A stretch of 64,000 nt of DNA from Eledone cirrhosa (GCA_964016885.1 OZ024748.1:18848001-18912000); one strand, 5' to 3'. Counted from the first letter of the stretch, positions 28,634 to 41,740 are shown. Numbers and translations: made by a program. The notes: generated from the sequence alone by a model not told the origin.

Positions 28634-29038
28634 TGATTAATGTTCAGAGCCATTCTCAGCATTCTCGTGTAGCACCCATCCACCATCTGAGTGAGTTTCT
28701 TGGTCAGTGTCCAAGTCTCAGACCCGTACAGCACCACACTGAGGATGAAAAACTCAGAGCTGTATGGGAGCCTCCCAAAAGTCAACTCAAAAGTGACACA
28801 AAGGAGACTGAGGTTAGCTGGACATGCTCACCGACATCCAGAGTTGACATTGCATTCAGTGCTCCTGTGGGAGCCCCTGCATGGACACAATGGAAAAGGA
28901 AGACCAAGGTTTACATATGTTGATGCCCTAATGACAGACACTGGTCTGTTGGAGACGCAGGACATGGCAGCGATAATGAGGGACAAAGACCACTGGAGAG
29001 AACTCGTCCATGGATCTCGGGAATTTTACCCGCCCTAG
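28634..29038 (+). mobile_element. RTE-X-like LINE 3' end with inverted 5' segment
   Basis: Minus 28740-28634 reads SVVLYGSETWTLTKKLTQMVDGCYTRMLRMALNIN. Plus 28742-29038 reads RMKNSELYGSLPKV...RRLRLAGHAHRHPEL...LLWEP...GRPRFTYVD. Confidence 0.85.
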
Positions 29039-29801
29039 ATATATATATATAGTGTAGGTGATTCAGTGAATTACTGGTGGCGGTAGCAATATGAGCACTT
29101 GATGCACAGGCAGAAAAAAAATGTAAATATGTAAATGAAACTTCAAAGCCTTTTCTTATTACACACACATTGGTAGATATAGATAGATATATACACACAA
29201 ATATACATACATATATATATATAAACATATTATATGCATACTTGCTCATACACATACAGACCTTCATACAAGCTTGCACACACACACATAAATACACATA
29301 TTCACATATACTAATGCTTCCTTGTCTCTCTTACACATACATACACATAGGTATACAAACAGTATGTAATTTAAAATTCAGCAGGCATCCTTATTTCATT
29401 CTTATAATATAAATGTGTAAAGTCTATTCATACCTAGGTATTTGACGTGGGTTGGGGAGTTGGGGTATGTGTAGCCAAGACATAGGCACTGTTGGAGGTG
29501 TGGTTGATGGAGATGGGGGAGAAGGATTGTACATATAAACATCTACCCTATATATATATATGCATGCATATATATATATATATATATATGTGTAAATATG
29601 AGAATAAACGTGGTGTGGGGTTGCTTGGGTTACATATGAATAAAGTTAGTCCTTCATTTCATCGCTTTAAAGACCTTGGTCTTTAAAGCGATGAAATACC
29701 AATGATGGTTGGAAGATCACTGATGAAGGACTAACTTTATTCATATATATATATATGTATATATATGTATATATATATGCATGCATATATATATATATGC
29801 A

Positions 29802-29884
<83 letters not shown>

Positions 29885-30010
29885 GTATATATATATATGC
29901 ATGCATATATATATATATAGAGAGAGAGAGAGAATGTAAAGAAGTGACACACGAGTTGATATATATAATAGTAAAAAAGAAAAAAACAGTAGAAAATGCT
30001 AAAGGGATTT

Positions 30011-30053
<43 letters not shown>

Positions 30054-30439
30054 TACACACATATATATATACATATATATATGTATGTTTATACATATAA
30101 ATACACACATTTAAACTTATATATACATCTACTGAAGCACACACATCACCGACAGTAGATACAGGAGTATAGGCATAACAAGCCACCCGTAATACCTACC
30201 TACCTACCCACCTACATACCTACCTAACCACATATTCAGCCCTCTCTACTGTTATCTACCCCCTAATGTAAAGATATACAACTTTACAGTAAATATCCAA
30301 ACAGCCATTCACCAGTTCCTTCCTTACATCCTTTTGGTCTTTTAATATATCAAAACATTAAATTATCCCTCACCTCATATAGCTAGCCAGACAGTCACCC
30401 ATCTTCAGCATAACTATACACCTACACATCTATCTGCCT

Positions 30440-31410
30440 ATTTGTCTTGCTGGCACACTGAGTGTGCCCAGGCGCTCACGGGCCCCTGGCAAGCAGTGGA
30501 GCCCCTGGTTATCAGTGGAGACTCCACCTCGACATTCTATAGAGGGCTGGTACGCAGCAGATGCGACGACGCCCTCGGAGAAGCCCTAGACATGGAGGAA
30601 GACGAACTGGCCAGCCTGTTCAGTAGGACATTCAGCCCAGGACCTATGGACAACTTCCAGAAGTCCCTAGCCTGGCAGTGCTACCGAGGGGCTCTACCCG
30701 TTCGAGAAAGGCTCTACAGGCACGGGTGCCCGGGTAGGGACCCCGCCAAAAAGATCTGTCCCAGATGCGTGTGCGATGAGGAAACCATTGCACATGCATT
30801 GGTACACTGCTCAGGCGTAGCCGATCAGTGGGGCTATGTCGAACGACTACTGTCACGGGTGGGGCCGATCCGGTTGACCACTGAGGCCATTGTAACGATT
30901 AAGCCGCCTCCCCCCCCTTCAAAAATGAAGGAGAGGCGGTGTTTCTGTGCGTAATAGCCATGGTGAAAGAGGTTGTATGGTGGACGCGTCTGAAAGGACT
31001 GAGGTCAGGCAGCTTTCTCTCTGGCCAACAACTGATCCGTTTCTTCCGATATCATTTCGGAAGAAGGATCAGGATGGAGAGAGAGGTGCTCCACCCCAGT
31101 TGTTTTTATGAAAGGTGGGTGAAAGTGGCGAGAATGGCCCGTGTGAATGGGCCTTCTCTCTACATCAGCCTGTAGGTGGAAAAGATGAAGGAACGAGGCA
31201 GCACCCTCTCTCTGTGCTCCTGAGGAGAAGGGTTGCACACTTTTTCGGGGGTGTGTGCGACCCCCCAAAACGCCTCCTCCCTATTGAGGACTTTATTGTT
31301 AATTTTATATTTGTTATTTATTTTCTTTGCTCGCCTTTTTGTGTAAACTCCCCCCCCCCCCTTGTATTTGTCCCCTTCTTTTGCGCCCTCGTGGCAATAA
31401 ATAGAAATAT
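30440..31410 (+). mobile_element. Tx1/L1-clade LINE 3' portion (ORF2 C-terminal zf-RVT) pseudogene
   Basis: LAWQCYRGALPVRERL...CPRCVCDEETIAHALVHC is a CxxC-x8-H-x4-C zinc knuckle. Frameshift at the C-run near 30910, stop at 31175, then 3' UTR with AATAAA and (TATC)-rich sequence. Confidence 0.88.
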
Positions 31411-31493
31411 ATCTATTATATCTTCAATATATATATCTATCAAATCTGTCTGTCTGTCCATATCTCTGTCTATCTATCTATCTCTCTATCTAT

Positions 31494-31778
31494 CGAGAAT
31501 GGCCCGAGTGAATGGGCCTTCTCTCTATATCAGCCTGTAGGTTGAGGAAAAAGAGGAAGAGAGGAAAGGGGTACAAACTCTTCGTACTCCTAGAGATGAG
31601 GGCTGCACATTTTTTCGGGGGTATGTGTTACCCATATGTAATGTCTCCCCCTATTGGGGAAAATTGATTAATTTTTAAATTGTATTTGTGATAGCATTTT
31701 ACACATTTTTATTGTATGTAAACTTCCCCCTTTGTATGTGTCCCCTTCTTTTGTGCCCCTGTGGCTAATAAAGAAACA

Positions 31779-31780
<2 letters not shown>
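31494..31780 (+). mobile_element. 5'-truncated Tx1/L1-like LINE 3' end in (TATC)n
   Basis: Near-identical to 13090-13376. Confidence 0.85.
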
Positions 31781-31814
<34 letters not shown>

Positions 31815-32017
31815 CATCCATCTATCTATATCTCTATATCTATCTGTCTATCATATATACCTGTCTGTCTGTCTATTTATCTATCTCTCTGTCCAATGCC
31901 CCTGTGGCAAATAAAGAAAGATATCTATCTCTCTTGCATATCTATTGATCTATCTATCTGTCTGTCTGTCTGTCTGTCTGTCTATCCCTTTAATGTCATA
32001 ATGTCTCTCTCTCTCTA

Positions 32018-32054
<37 letters not shown>

Positions 32055-32057
<3 letters not shown>

Positions 32058-32184
32058 AGATTCAGGACCCCAACGGCAGAGCTCCGGCCGTTTCAACAGC
32101 TAGATTACCCACTCTACTATCCCAAGTATTGAGTACTCTGGTGGGTTATGGTCCACCTGGTATCTTACCACACCCTCTCTGATA
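32055..32184 (+). mobile_element. Penelope-like remnant (16693/57673 family)
   Basis: Inverted piece aggaccccaacggcagagctccggccgtttc joined to ttacccactctactatcccaagtattgagtactctgg...ctgat; TA-flanked. Confidence 0.6.
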
Positions 32185-32344
32185 TATATATATATATATA
32201 TTAATTACATTATATCATTTATTTATGTTCATACACGGAACAAAAGGGCTACCTAAGGTATCAAGGCCCTATATTGGCCATATCTCCAGATTGTAAGAGG
32301 TATCAAAATTGTGACTTAATTGTGTGTGTGTTATAATATAATAA

Positions 32345-32456
32345 TAATGAAATTATTGTGTACAGTGCTCAGGTGCACTACAACTCATTAATGGTGCATG
32401 TATAGTACATAGAATAATGTACAAATGTCAGGAAAATGAACAGTGTATGAGTCATG

Positions 32457-32492
<36 letters not shown>

Positions 32493-32590
32493 AATATTGT
32501 GTACAGTGCCCAGGTGCACCAAAACTCATCAAAAAGTGCATGTACAGTACATAGGGCAATGCACAAACATCAGTAAAATGAACAGTGCAT
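32345..32590 (-). mobile_element. Two tandem LINE (CR1-like) 3' tails with (ATT)n ends
   Basis: The ~120-bp unit ...gtgcacctgagcactgtacacaataatttcattatt occurs twice, and again at 34455-34745 where a SINE interrupts it. Clade assignment is from memory only. Confidence 0.5.
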
Positions 32591-33129
32591 ATATAATTCT
32601 ATATATCTACCCATACATCCCATTATCTATCCATTCTCCTACTTACATTCCTCTCATCAGACATGTAGACACAGAAATGTGTATAAACGTGTATCACCAT
32701 CATCATCACCGATTATCATCTATTAACATCTATTTTTCCATTTAACATCTATTTTTCAGACGTGTTGTCCAGCTGTGATCCAAGCCAGAGCAGATGACCA
32801 TCTCCAGCTCACACTGAACTGATTCTGGCTTGGTATCTAGGGTTTGATGCCCTTCCTAATGTAAACCACATTTACAGGGTGGACTCGGTGCTTTTTGTCG
32901 TGACACCTCTATGACCAATTGACAAGTTGGAGTGGGTATGTTTTCATCATGTCACTAGTACGACCACTTTACATGGTGTGCTGGGTATGCTTTGTTGTGA
33001 CACATACACAACTACACAACAAAAAGCACCCAGTCCACACTGTAAATGTAGTTCCCATACACAAACACACTGGGTTTTCTCCAATATGTAGCTGGTTCCT
33101 CAGACAGTGTGAATTTGGCCTAGTTCACT

Positions 33130-36100
33130 CCAACAGCTGAGTCCTTTCCACCCCTTCACCCCTTCCCTATCCCTAATACAACATGTTATCTATCAGTGTA
33201 TCAATCAAGCCATGTTTACACCATCACCACTGGGATCATTCCATCCCTAATACACTCCTTTCACAATTGAGTCCTTCTCATTCCTAATACACCCCTTTCA
33301 CAATTGAGTCCTTCTCATTCCTAATACACCCCTTTCACAATTGAGTCCTTCTCATTCATAATATACCTCTTTCACAACTGAGTTCTTCTCATCCCTAATA
33401 GACTCCTTTCACAATTGAGTCCTTCTCATTCATAATACACCCCTTTCACAATTGAGTCCTTCTCATCCCTAATAGACGCCTTTTACAACTGAGTCCTTCT
33501 CATCCCTAAATATTCCTCTTTCACAATTGAGTCCTTCTCATCCCTAATAGATTCCTTTCACAACTGAGTTCTTCTCATCCCTAATGTACCCTTCTCACAA
33601 CCAATTCTCTTTAACCCCTAATACACACACTCAACTGGGATCCCTCACCCACAATACACCCTACTTACAACCGGTACCCTCTGAACATTAATAAACACTC
33701 ACTACTGAGTGCCTCTTACTCCTAATACATCCTTATAGCTGGGTTGATCTCATCCCTAATATAGTATATCATCTACCCGATGTCTATCAGTGTATCAAAT
33801 CATGTTTACAGCTGGGCCCTATTTCCCCTTAATGCACCCCTCTCACAGCTGAATATCATTGATTTCTAAACATTCAAAACATCTGGGTCTCTCTAATCCC
33901 TAATGCCTCCTTCTTGCAGCTGGGTGTCACTGGCCCCTAATAGATCCTTACCACTGAGATCCCTTCACCCCTAATACACACTCACATTTAGACCCTTGTC
34001 ATCCCTACTACAGCAAGTTATCTACCCAGGTAATAGCATACCAATGTATTAGTGACATCATGTCTGTACCCTCACAGCTGGGTCATTATCACCCCTAATA
34101 TACTCCCATTTCTCACCCCTAATATACTCCCATAATATTTAAATAGCCTCAAATGTATTTTTATATTACCATGATATATTTATAATATAATTGTTTCTAC
34201 TTTTGGCACAAGGCCAGCAATTACCCAGTACATTACTGGTACTTTACTGGTACTTTATTTATCGACCCCGTAAGGATGAAAGGCAAAGTTGACCTTGGCG
34301 GGATTTGAACTCAGAATGGCAAGGGCCGTAACTCTATGTGTTAAAGCATGACGTCCGACCCTCTACCGATACTGCCAATCCACCGCCCTTATATTTATAA
34401 TATAATAATAATAATAATAATAATAAAATAATAATAATAATAATAAAATAATAATAATGTATAGTGCTCAGGTGTACTTCAACTCATCAAAGGTGCATGT
34501 ATAGTACATAGAATAATGATTTCTACTATAGGTAAAGGCCAGCAATTTAAGGGAGGGTAAAGTCGATTAAATCGACCCCAGTGCTTTACTGGTGCTTTAT
34601 TTTATCGACCCCATAAGGATGAAAGGCAAAGCTAACCTCAGCGGGATTTGAACTCAGAACGTAAAGGACTGTAACTCTATTCCACGAGGCATGGTGTTCA
34701 ACACTCAATGTACAAATGTCAGGAAAGTGAACAGTGTATGAGTCACGATCATCATCATCATCATCATCATCAAGGTTTAGCGTCCGTGTTCCACGCTTGC
34801 ATGGGTTTGGACGGGGGTATTCCCACTTGAGGCAAGAGTGATTGTCTTGCTCGCATAGGACTGTCTGGCGGGTTTTCTACAGTTGGATGCCCTTCCTAAC
34901 ACCAACCACATTTACAGTGTGGGGCTGGGAGGATTTTACCGTGTTGCCTACACGGCCACATTACAGCGTGGACTGTCTGGCGGGTTTTCTACAGCTGGAT
35001 GCCCTTCCTAACACCAACCACATTTACAGTGTGGGTCTGGGAGGTTTTTACCGTGTTGCCTACACGGCCACATTACAGCGTGGACTGTGTGTTTTTTTGT
35101 CGTGACACCTACACAATCTCATTTGTTTCGGCCTGGATGGCGCGGCACCAACATAACTTTACATAGAACGGGGTGGTGTGGATGGGGTGGGGGTGGTGGT
35201 GGTGGGACAGGGTGTATTTTGTTAGAGATGCCTACTGGCTGGAGTAGGTTTTACTATATATTTAGGTAAGGCCAAAGGTCTCGGTGGTAAGGCGGGTCTT
35301 CTCTGTATATATACAAATACATGCGTGTGTGTGTATGGAGGGGCAATATCAGGTGTAGTGTTGGCGAATTTCGGTAAGCACGGAAGTTTTCAAGGATGCA
35401 GTGTCCCGGCAGCTAATGGTAGAATAATTTCCAGCCTGGATCTTCATGAAGCTTAATCTTCTTCCACTTCTCACCCCTAATGTACCCTCACAGTTGGGTC
35501 AGTTTGACCCCTAATACACTCCCACAGATAGGTACCTTTCACTTCACTCACAGCTGGATATATCACATCCCTAATACACATTTTTAGGACCCTCTCAACC
35601 CTAATATAAACACTTCCTTACAGTTGGGTTTCTTTCACCCCTAATATAAACACCCATTCACAGCCGGATGCCTCTAACCCCAATACATCTGTCTTGAATT
35701 GGGACCCTCTCGTTCCTAATTCATACACACAACTAGGACACTCTCATCCTTAATATAATCCCTCCACTAAAGCTATGTATATTTCACCCCTAATACATAC
35801 ACACAACTGGGAGCCCCTTATCCCTAATTATACCCCCTCCCCCAAAGCTAGGTACCTCTCACCTCTAATACATACACACAACTGAGAGCCCCTTATCCCT
35901 AAAATAATCCCTCCCCCAAAGCTGGGTACCTCTCACCTCTAATACATACACACAACTGAGAGCCCCTTATCCCTAAAATAATCCCTCCCCCAAAGCTGGG
36001 TACTTCTCACCTCTAATACATACACACAACTGGGAGCCCTTTATCCCTAATTATAACCACTCTCCTCCTCCAAAGTCAGGTACCTCTCACCCCTAATACA

Positions 36101-36385
36101 TACACACAACTGGGATCCTCTTATCCTAATAAAATCCCTCTTCCAATGCTAGGTACCTCTCACCCCTAATACATACACACAACTGGGATCCCCTTATCCT
36201 AATAAAATCCCTCCTCCAATGATAGGTACCTCTCACCTCTAATACATACACACAACTGGGATCCCCTTATCCCTAATAAAATCCCTCCCCCAAAGCTGGG
36301 TATCTCTGACCTCTAACACATACACACAACTAGGAGACATACACCTAATGCACTGATCTCATAACAAGGACCCTCTCACCTGTAA
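33130..36385. repeat. Degenerate ~36-38-bp satellite (ccctaatacac...cacagctgggt) with homogenised sub-arrays, interrupted by SINE/LINE insertions
   Basis: 37-bp units at 33245-33600; ~73-bp dimer units at 35700-36340; diverged monomers in between. Confidence 0.8.
34188..34390 (-). mobile_element. Meta-type tRNA SINE
   Basis: Family match; a second copy lies at 34515-34705. Confidence 0.85.
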
Positions 36386-36699
36386 TACAACAATAACACC
36401 TAGCCAGGTAATAACTTACCTGTGTACATGTCAGATCTAGGTAGAAATGTTCTGCTCTAATTAGCAGATTTATCGTTTCCTGTCTTAACTTTAAATCGTA
36501 TCATTATGCTCCACAGAATTAATTAAAGGATTATAATCAATCAAGGATTATCAATCAAAGATTATTAATTAATTAAAGGATTATAAGTATTTATAATTAA
36601 ATGAACAAAGAATTTATTTTGTTGGTTTTCTCTGTATTTATTTTTTCTTTTTCTTTTCTTTTTTCAAAATTTTGAAATAAAGTTATTTTGGGTCAAACC

Positions 36700-37715
36700 A
36701 CAAAAACTACACCACCACCACCACCACCACCACTACCAAACACTACACCCCCGCATATACCACCACCACCACCACCACCACCTCCACCACCACCAACACT
36801 AAACACTATACTGCTTACACTATACTACCACCTACACCACTACCTACACTACACCACCACCTACACCACCAACACTATACTGCCACCTACACAACCAGCA
36901 ACACTACACCCCCACCACCTACACCATCACCACCACCACCACCACCACTATACTGCCACCTACACAACAAATACTACACTACAGCACCACACCATCACTA
37001 CCATCACACTACCACCACAAACAACAATAGCACCACCACTCTCACTACCAAGACCACAACACACCACAATCACCCTCATCACCACCACCACAAACACCAC
37101 CACCACCACTACCACCACCACCACCACCATAAACACCACTACCACCATAAACACCACCACCACCACCACCATAAACACCACTACCACCATAAACACCACC
37201 ACCACCATAAACACCACCACCACCACCACAAACACAACGAGCAAGACCACCACCACCATAAACACCACCACCACCACCACAAACACGACGAGCAAGACTA
37301 CCACCACCATAAACACCACCACCACCACCACCATAAACACGACGAGCAAGACCACCACCACCATAAACACCACCACCACCACCACTACCACCACCACCAC
37401 CACCACCACCACAAACACCACCACCACCACCACCACCACCACCACCACCACCATAAACACCACCACCACCACCACCACCATAAACACCACCACCACCACC
37501 ACCATAAACACGACGAGCAAGACCACCACCACCATAAACACCACCACCACCACCACAAACACGACGAGCAAGACTACCACCACCATAAACACCACCACCA
37601 CCACCACCATAAACACGACGAGCAAGACCACCACCACCATAAACACCACCACCACCACCACCACCACCACCACCACCACCACCACCACCACCACCACCAC
37701 AAACACCACCCACCT
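36700..37715. repeat. (CAC)n compound repeat with ATAAAC/ACGAGCAAG variants
   Basis: Direct reading; source of the poly-Thr and poly-Gly ORFs. Confidence 0.92.
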
Positions 37716-37963
37716 ACAAACGATCAAAATTACTTCTCAAGTCCCAGGAGGAAGAGAATAACATCTCGTTTATGTGCCGAAATATCTAGATAAACCATAT
37801 TTAGATAAACAAGCCCCCAGTATATGATGAAGCAGATCAAAGAGAAAGCTGCCCCTGGAGAGAACACTAGTCTACCTACCAAGTAACATTGCCAGATAAG
37901 TTAACTGTAATGGAGAATAAAATGTTGTACCTATAAACATAAGGTATTATTTGTACTGACAAC

Positions 37964-38152
37964 GGTGGTGAATTGGCAGTATCGGTAGAGGGTTGGACGC
38001 CATGCTTTGACGCATAGAGTTACGGCCCTTGCCATTCTGAGTTCAAATCCCGCCGAGGTTAACTTTGCCTTTCATCCTTACGGGGTCGATAAAATAAAGT
38101 ACCAGTAATGTACTGGATAATTGCTGGCCTTGTGCCAAAAGTAGAAACAATT
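37964..38152 (+). mobile_element. Young full-length Meta-type SINE with 18-bp TSD
   Basis: TSD attatttgtactgacaac at 37946-37963 and 38150-38167. Confidence 0.92.
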
Positions 38153-38209
38153 ATTTGTACTGACAACTAACAGAGGTACTATTGTAAAGTAGTAAGCATT
38201 GCATGTTTG

Positions 38210-38291
<82 letters not shown>

Positions 38292-38395
38292 GGAGGTGAG
38301 TTTTATTGTAGTACAATAAAGCAATGCAGATATCGGATAAGAAGCACTCTACAGTTTGTAGGACTGTAGTATACATAATATAAGATCAAAAGATG

Positions 38396-38462
38396 TTTTA
38401 TCTGATGAAAACACAAATATTATTGCATGATGATGTTTGTTTTTGAAATGCGCATAATAAAA
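38396..38462 (+). ncRNA. Minimal hammerhead ribozyme motif
   Basis: ttttat-CTGATGA-aaacacaaatatta...tgatgtttgttttt-GAAA-tgcgca-TA-ataaaa, within a TA-flanked element at 38290-38502; paralogue at 50830-51090. Confidence 0.75.
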
Positions 38463-38494
38463 TACATGGAACTCCTTTAACCATCTTTTGATCT

Positions 38495-38538
<44 letters not shown>

Positions 38539-38621
38539 GTTATTCCGGGTTGAATCGGAGGTAACCACAGTAAGTAAGGTACTCAATACATTGCAGAGTA
38601 TAAAAGTTTTAATATAGATGA

Positions 38622-38670
38622 GATTCTACAGGACTAGAACTGTTTCATTCTTTAGAAATCATCAGGAATC
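38622..38670 (-). ncRNA. Hammerhead motif, left arm of a divergent pair
   Basis: Minus strand: gattc-CTGATGA-tttctaaagaat-GAAA-cag(ttctagtc)ctg-TA-gaatc. Helix II is short and weak. Confidence 0.65.
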
Positions 38671-38691
38671 AGAGATTCCTGATGATTCTCT

Positions 38692-38740
38692 GATTCCTGA
38701 TGATTTCTAAAGAATGAAACAGTTCTAGTCCTGTAGAATC
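38692..38740 (+). ncRNA. Hammerhead motif, right arm of a divergent pair
   Basis: Identical motif on the plus strand; predicted GUA cleavage after 38735. Confidence 0.65.
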
Positions 38741-38948
38741 TCATCTATATTAAAATATATATATATATATATATCATTGTTTAACATCCATTTTCCACGC
38801 TAGCATGGGTAACATGAGTTGTCCCATTTGAGACAGGTCAGGTGACCATATCTTGCTCATACAGGACTATATATATATCTATCCAGGTGAAACTTGAACC
38901 ATTAAGGTCTCATTCCTGGATATGTCAATATTTATAAAACAAACTTTG

Positions 38949-39009
38949 TATTTTATCTGATGAGAGCGTACCAAAGTTTTGGTACCCTTGAAATATATAT
39001 AATAGAATA
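38949..39009 (+). ncRNA. Minimal hammerhead ribozyme motif
   Basis: tattttat-CTGATGA-gagcgtaccaaa(gt)tttggtaccctt-GAAA-tatata-TA-atagaata; helix I is 8 bp with one GU pair. Confidence 0.82.
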
Positions 39010-39259
39010 AATATGGTTTTATAAATATAGTTTTCATTTATTAATATCATTGATATATATATATATATATGCTCATGTACGGTGATATTAGATGTGTGTG
39101 TGTTGGTGTATATGTGGTGGAGTTTTGGGGTGAGACAAAGGTGTCAATGGTGTTTGTGGGGGAGGTTTCTAGAATTTTGGTGGAAGTTCATTTAAAAAAA
39201 AAAATACCTTTTGTTAACTTCATCGGTCTTCTTTTAACCTCACACTGAATAAATAGATG

Positions 39260-39575
39260 TATGTATGTTCTTCTGGTTTTATAATTTCACACATTTTTTC
39301 CCAATAGAGAGAGAGAGTCGGTTTCTAACATAGACACAAGACTCTCTCATTGGAATTTACACAATATCAACTAGGTAGATTATGTATGCATGCATGCATG
39401 TGTAGATATGGATGTTATTGTATGTGTGGATGTGTATGTTTTGAGTTGTATGTGTGCATGTATGCTTTGTATCTGTACATGTGTATATGCAGTTATTAGT
39501 TGCAACATTTTTGGAATGTTTTTCATATTTTTACTGTTCCATTAATGGATTGTAATTGTAATTGTCTAACTAATT
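39260..39575 (-). mobile_element. 5'-truncated 3' end of an R4/Dong-like retroelement
   Basis: Homologous to 39720-39990; TATG repeats on both sides. Confidence 0.75.
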
Positions 39576-39719
39576 GTGTATGTATGTATGTATGTATGTA
39601 TGTATGTATGTATGTATGTATGTATGTATGTATGTATGTATGTATGTGTTTGTGTGTATATATATGTATGAATGTATGTATGTATATATATGTATGTGTG
39701 TGTGTGTATGCATGTATGT

Positions 39720-41440
39720 ATGTTCTTCTGGTTTCAAAATATTATAAATTTTTACCAATAGAGAGAGTCCGTTTCTTAGGTTGAAATGTCTGCATGTCTG
39801 CATGTGTGCGTGTGTGTGCAGGTATGGTTGTGATTGTATGTGTGGATGTGTATGTGTATGTTTTGAATTATATGTGTGCATATGTTTTGTATCTGTACAT
39901 GTGTACAGGCCGTTATTAGATGCAGAATTTTTGGAATGTTTTACATATTTTTACTGTTCCATTAATGGATTGTAATTTCCTAACTAGTTGTGTTCTTCCT
40001 GGTTCTGTGAATCCCAGTTTCTCAAGATTTATACTGAGGCAGTTACTAACATATCCCAGAGCCTCAATAATTACAGGTATAAATCTGAAGGTCAGATTTC
40101 TCATTAGTTCTGCATAGATATTCTCCTTTTCGCTGATCTTTAATATTACATTGGCATCTGCTGGGCAGCTAACTTCCACTTCTGTGCATGGTTTATTTCC
40201 TCTGTCCCCTGTTCCATATCACTATGTCTGATCTGATATGATTGCATTTTATTGGGGTTTTTACTAGAACATTCCACCAGTACTCTTTCATATTATGTAT
40301 GTATATGTCTTCCACATTGCTGTAACTTTTAATATGTTCATTGTTGGGGCTATCTTTTCTTTGGACACTACATCATGCCTCATAGGTAGATAGTACCGTG
40401 ATGACATCTTTGGATAGCTGCTTGCGACATGGGTGACATCTTCGATGTTAATTCTGCAGAGTCTGCATTTGTTGTCACATCTAGGTGTTTTGTGTGCATC
40501 TCTATCTCTTTTGTGAATCAGGTGTTTTGTATTGATTTCCTGTTCTTGGATTGCAAAACTATATCCTTCAAAGTAAGAGCCAATATAGCAGTTGTTGGTC
40601 CAAGATAGACTACTTTGCTTATCTATATTACTCTCACTCTGGAGCTTCCTGGCAACATATATATGCATGATCTTTTGCTGATAAGCATGTAGTTTTTCAT
40701 CCACGGTTTCACAGCGGTATTGTCCGGGCAATTTATCTTGGTGTGAGTTTTTGATTATCATGTAGGGAGTATCTTTCAAGGAGTTCAATCTCAACTCTCA
40801 TGATCTTATAAGTCTCATGTAGACAGACTTGCTCAATAGATGGAATTTTACGCTTAGAGGTTGATAGATGTCGGAGGGATATGATGCGACACTCAAATGC
40901 TGTCGGGACTGATGTTAGGCCTCTGCCTCTCTATTTACGTTTCAAGTAGAGGCGTTCTTATGTCACTGTTGATGTGGAAGTTTCCGGTGTTGCTTAGGAT
41001 TTTTTTGGGTTTTAACATCAATAGCTCGGATTTCGTCTATCGTCCAATCGAGTATTCCAAACGTTGGTGTTAGGACAGGCACAGAAAAACATTGTGAGCA
41101 AAACATAAAACAATGTTTTATTGTGCGTAGAGATTTCAGATGACCATATTTTTCTGAATGGGGTGTAATATTTCCTGGCTACGCATTCCTTGTTACAGAT
41201 ACCATCATAGGATATATTCTCATCTATCCCCAGGTATCTGTAGCAGTCCTCATCAGCTATCGGTGAAACAGTTAGGCCATTGATAAAACTGTTGCTAGAT
41301 TGGCTTGTAGTTTTTCCCCATATATGAACATTCATCCTGGTCAAACTCCATTCCTATATCTTTTGAGAACGTCGTAACCAGGTCAAGATTTTTCTTCGTC
41401 CCATTTATGTTCTTGGCAAAGTTTCAAGTTATCCATATGT
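39720..41440 (-). mobile_element. R4/Dong-like (RLE-endonuclease) non-LTR retrotransposon pseudogene, RT end to 3' UTR
   Basis: Degenerate YMDD (HMDNLKL), YRYLGI, AIQEQEINT, CRLC...EDVTHV...RHD knuckle, VEVSCP and FIPVIIEALG RLE motifs; multiple frameshifts; (CATA)n 3' junction. Confidence 0.87.
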
Positions 41441-41459
41441 TCGTATTTCGGGCCTCCTG

Positions 41460-41740
<281 letters not shown>

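Noticed and set aside
36688-37761. Mucin-like poly-Thr ORF and GGGVY-rich cuticle-like reverse ORF
   Set aside because: Compound (CAC)n repeat open in multiple frames, with no signal peptide or exon structure. An expressed Gly-rich protein cannot be fully excluded without RNA data.
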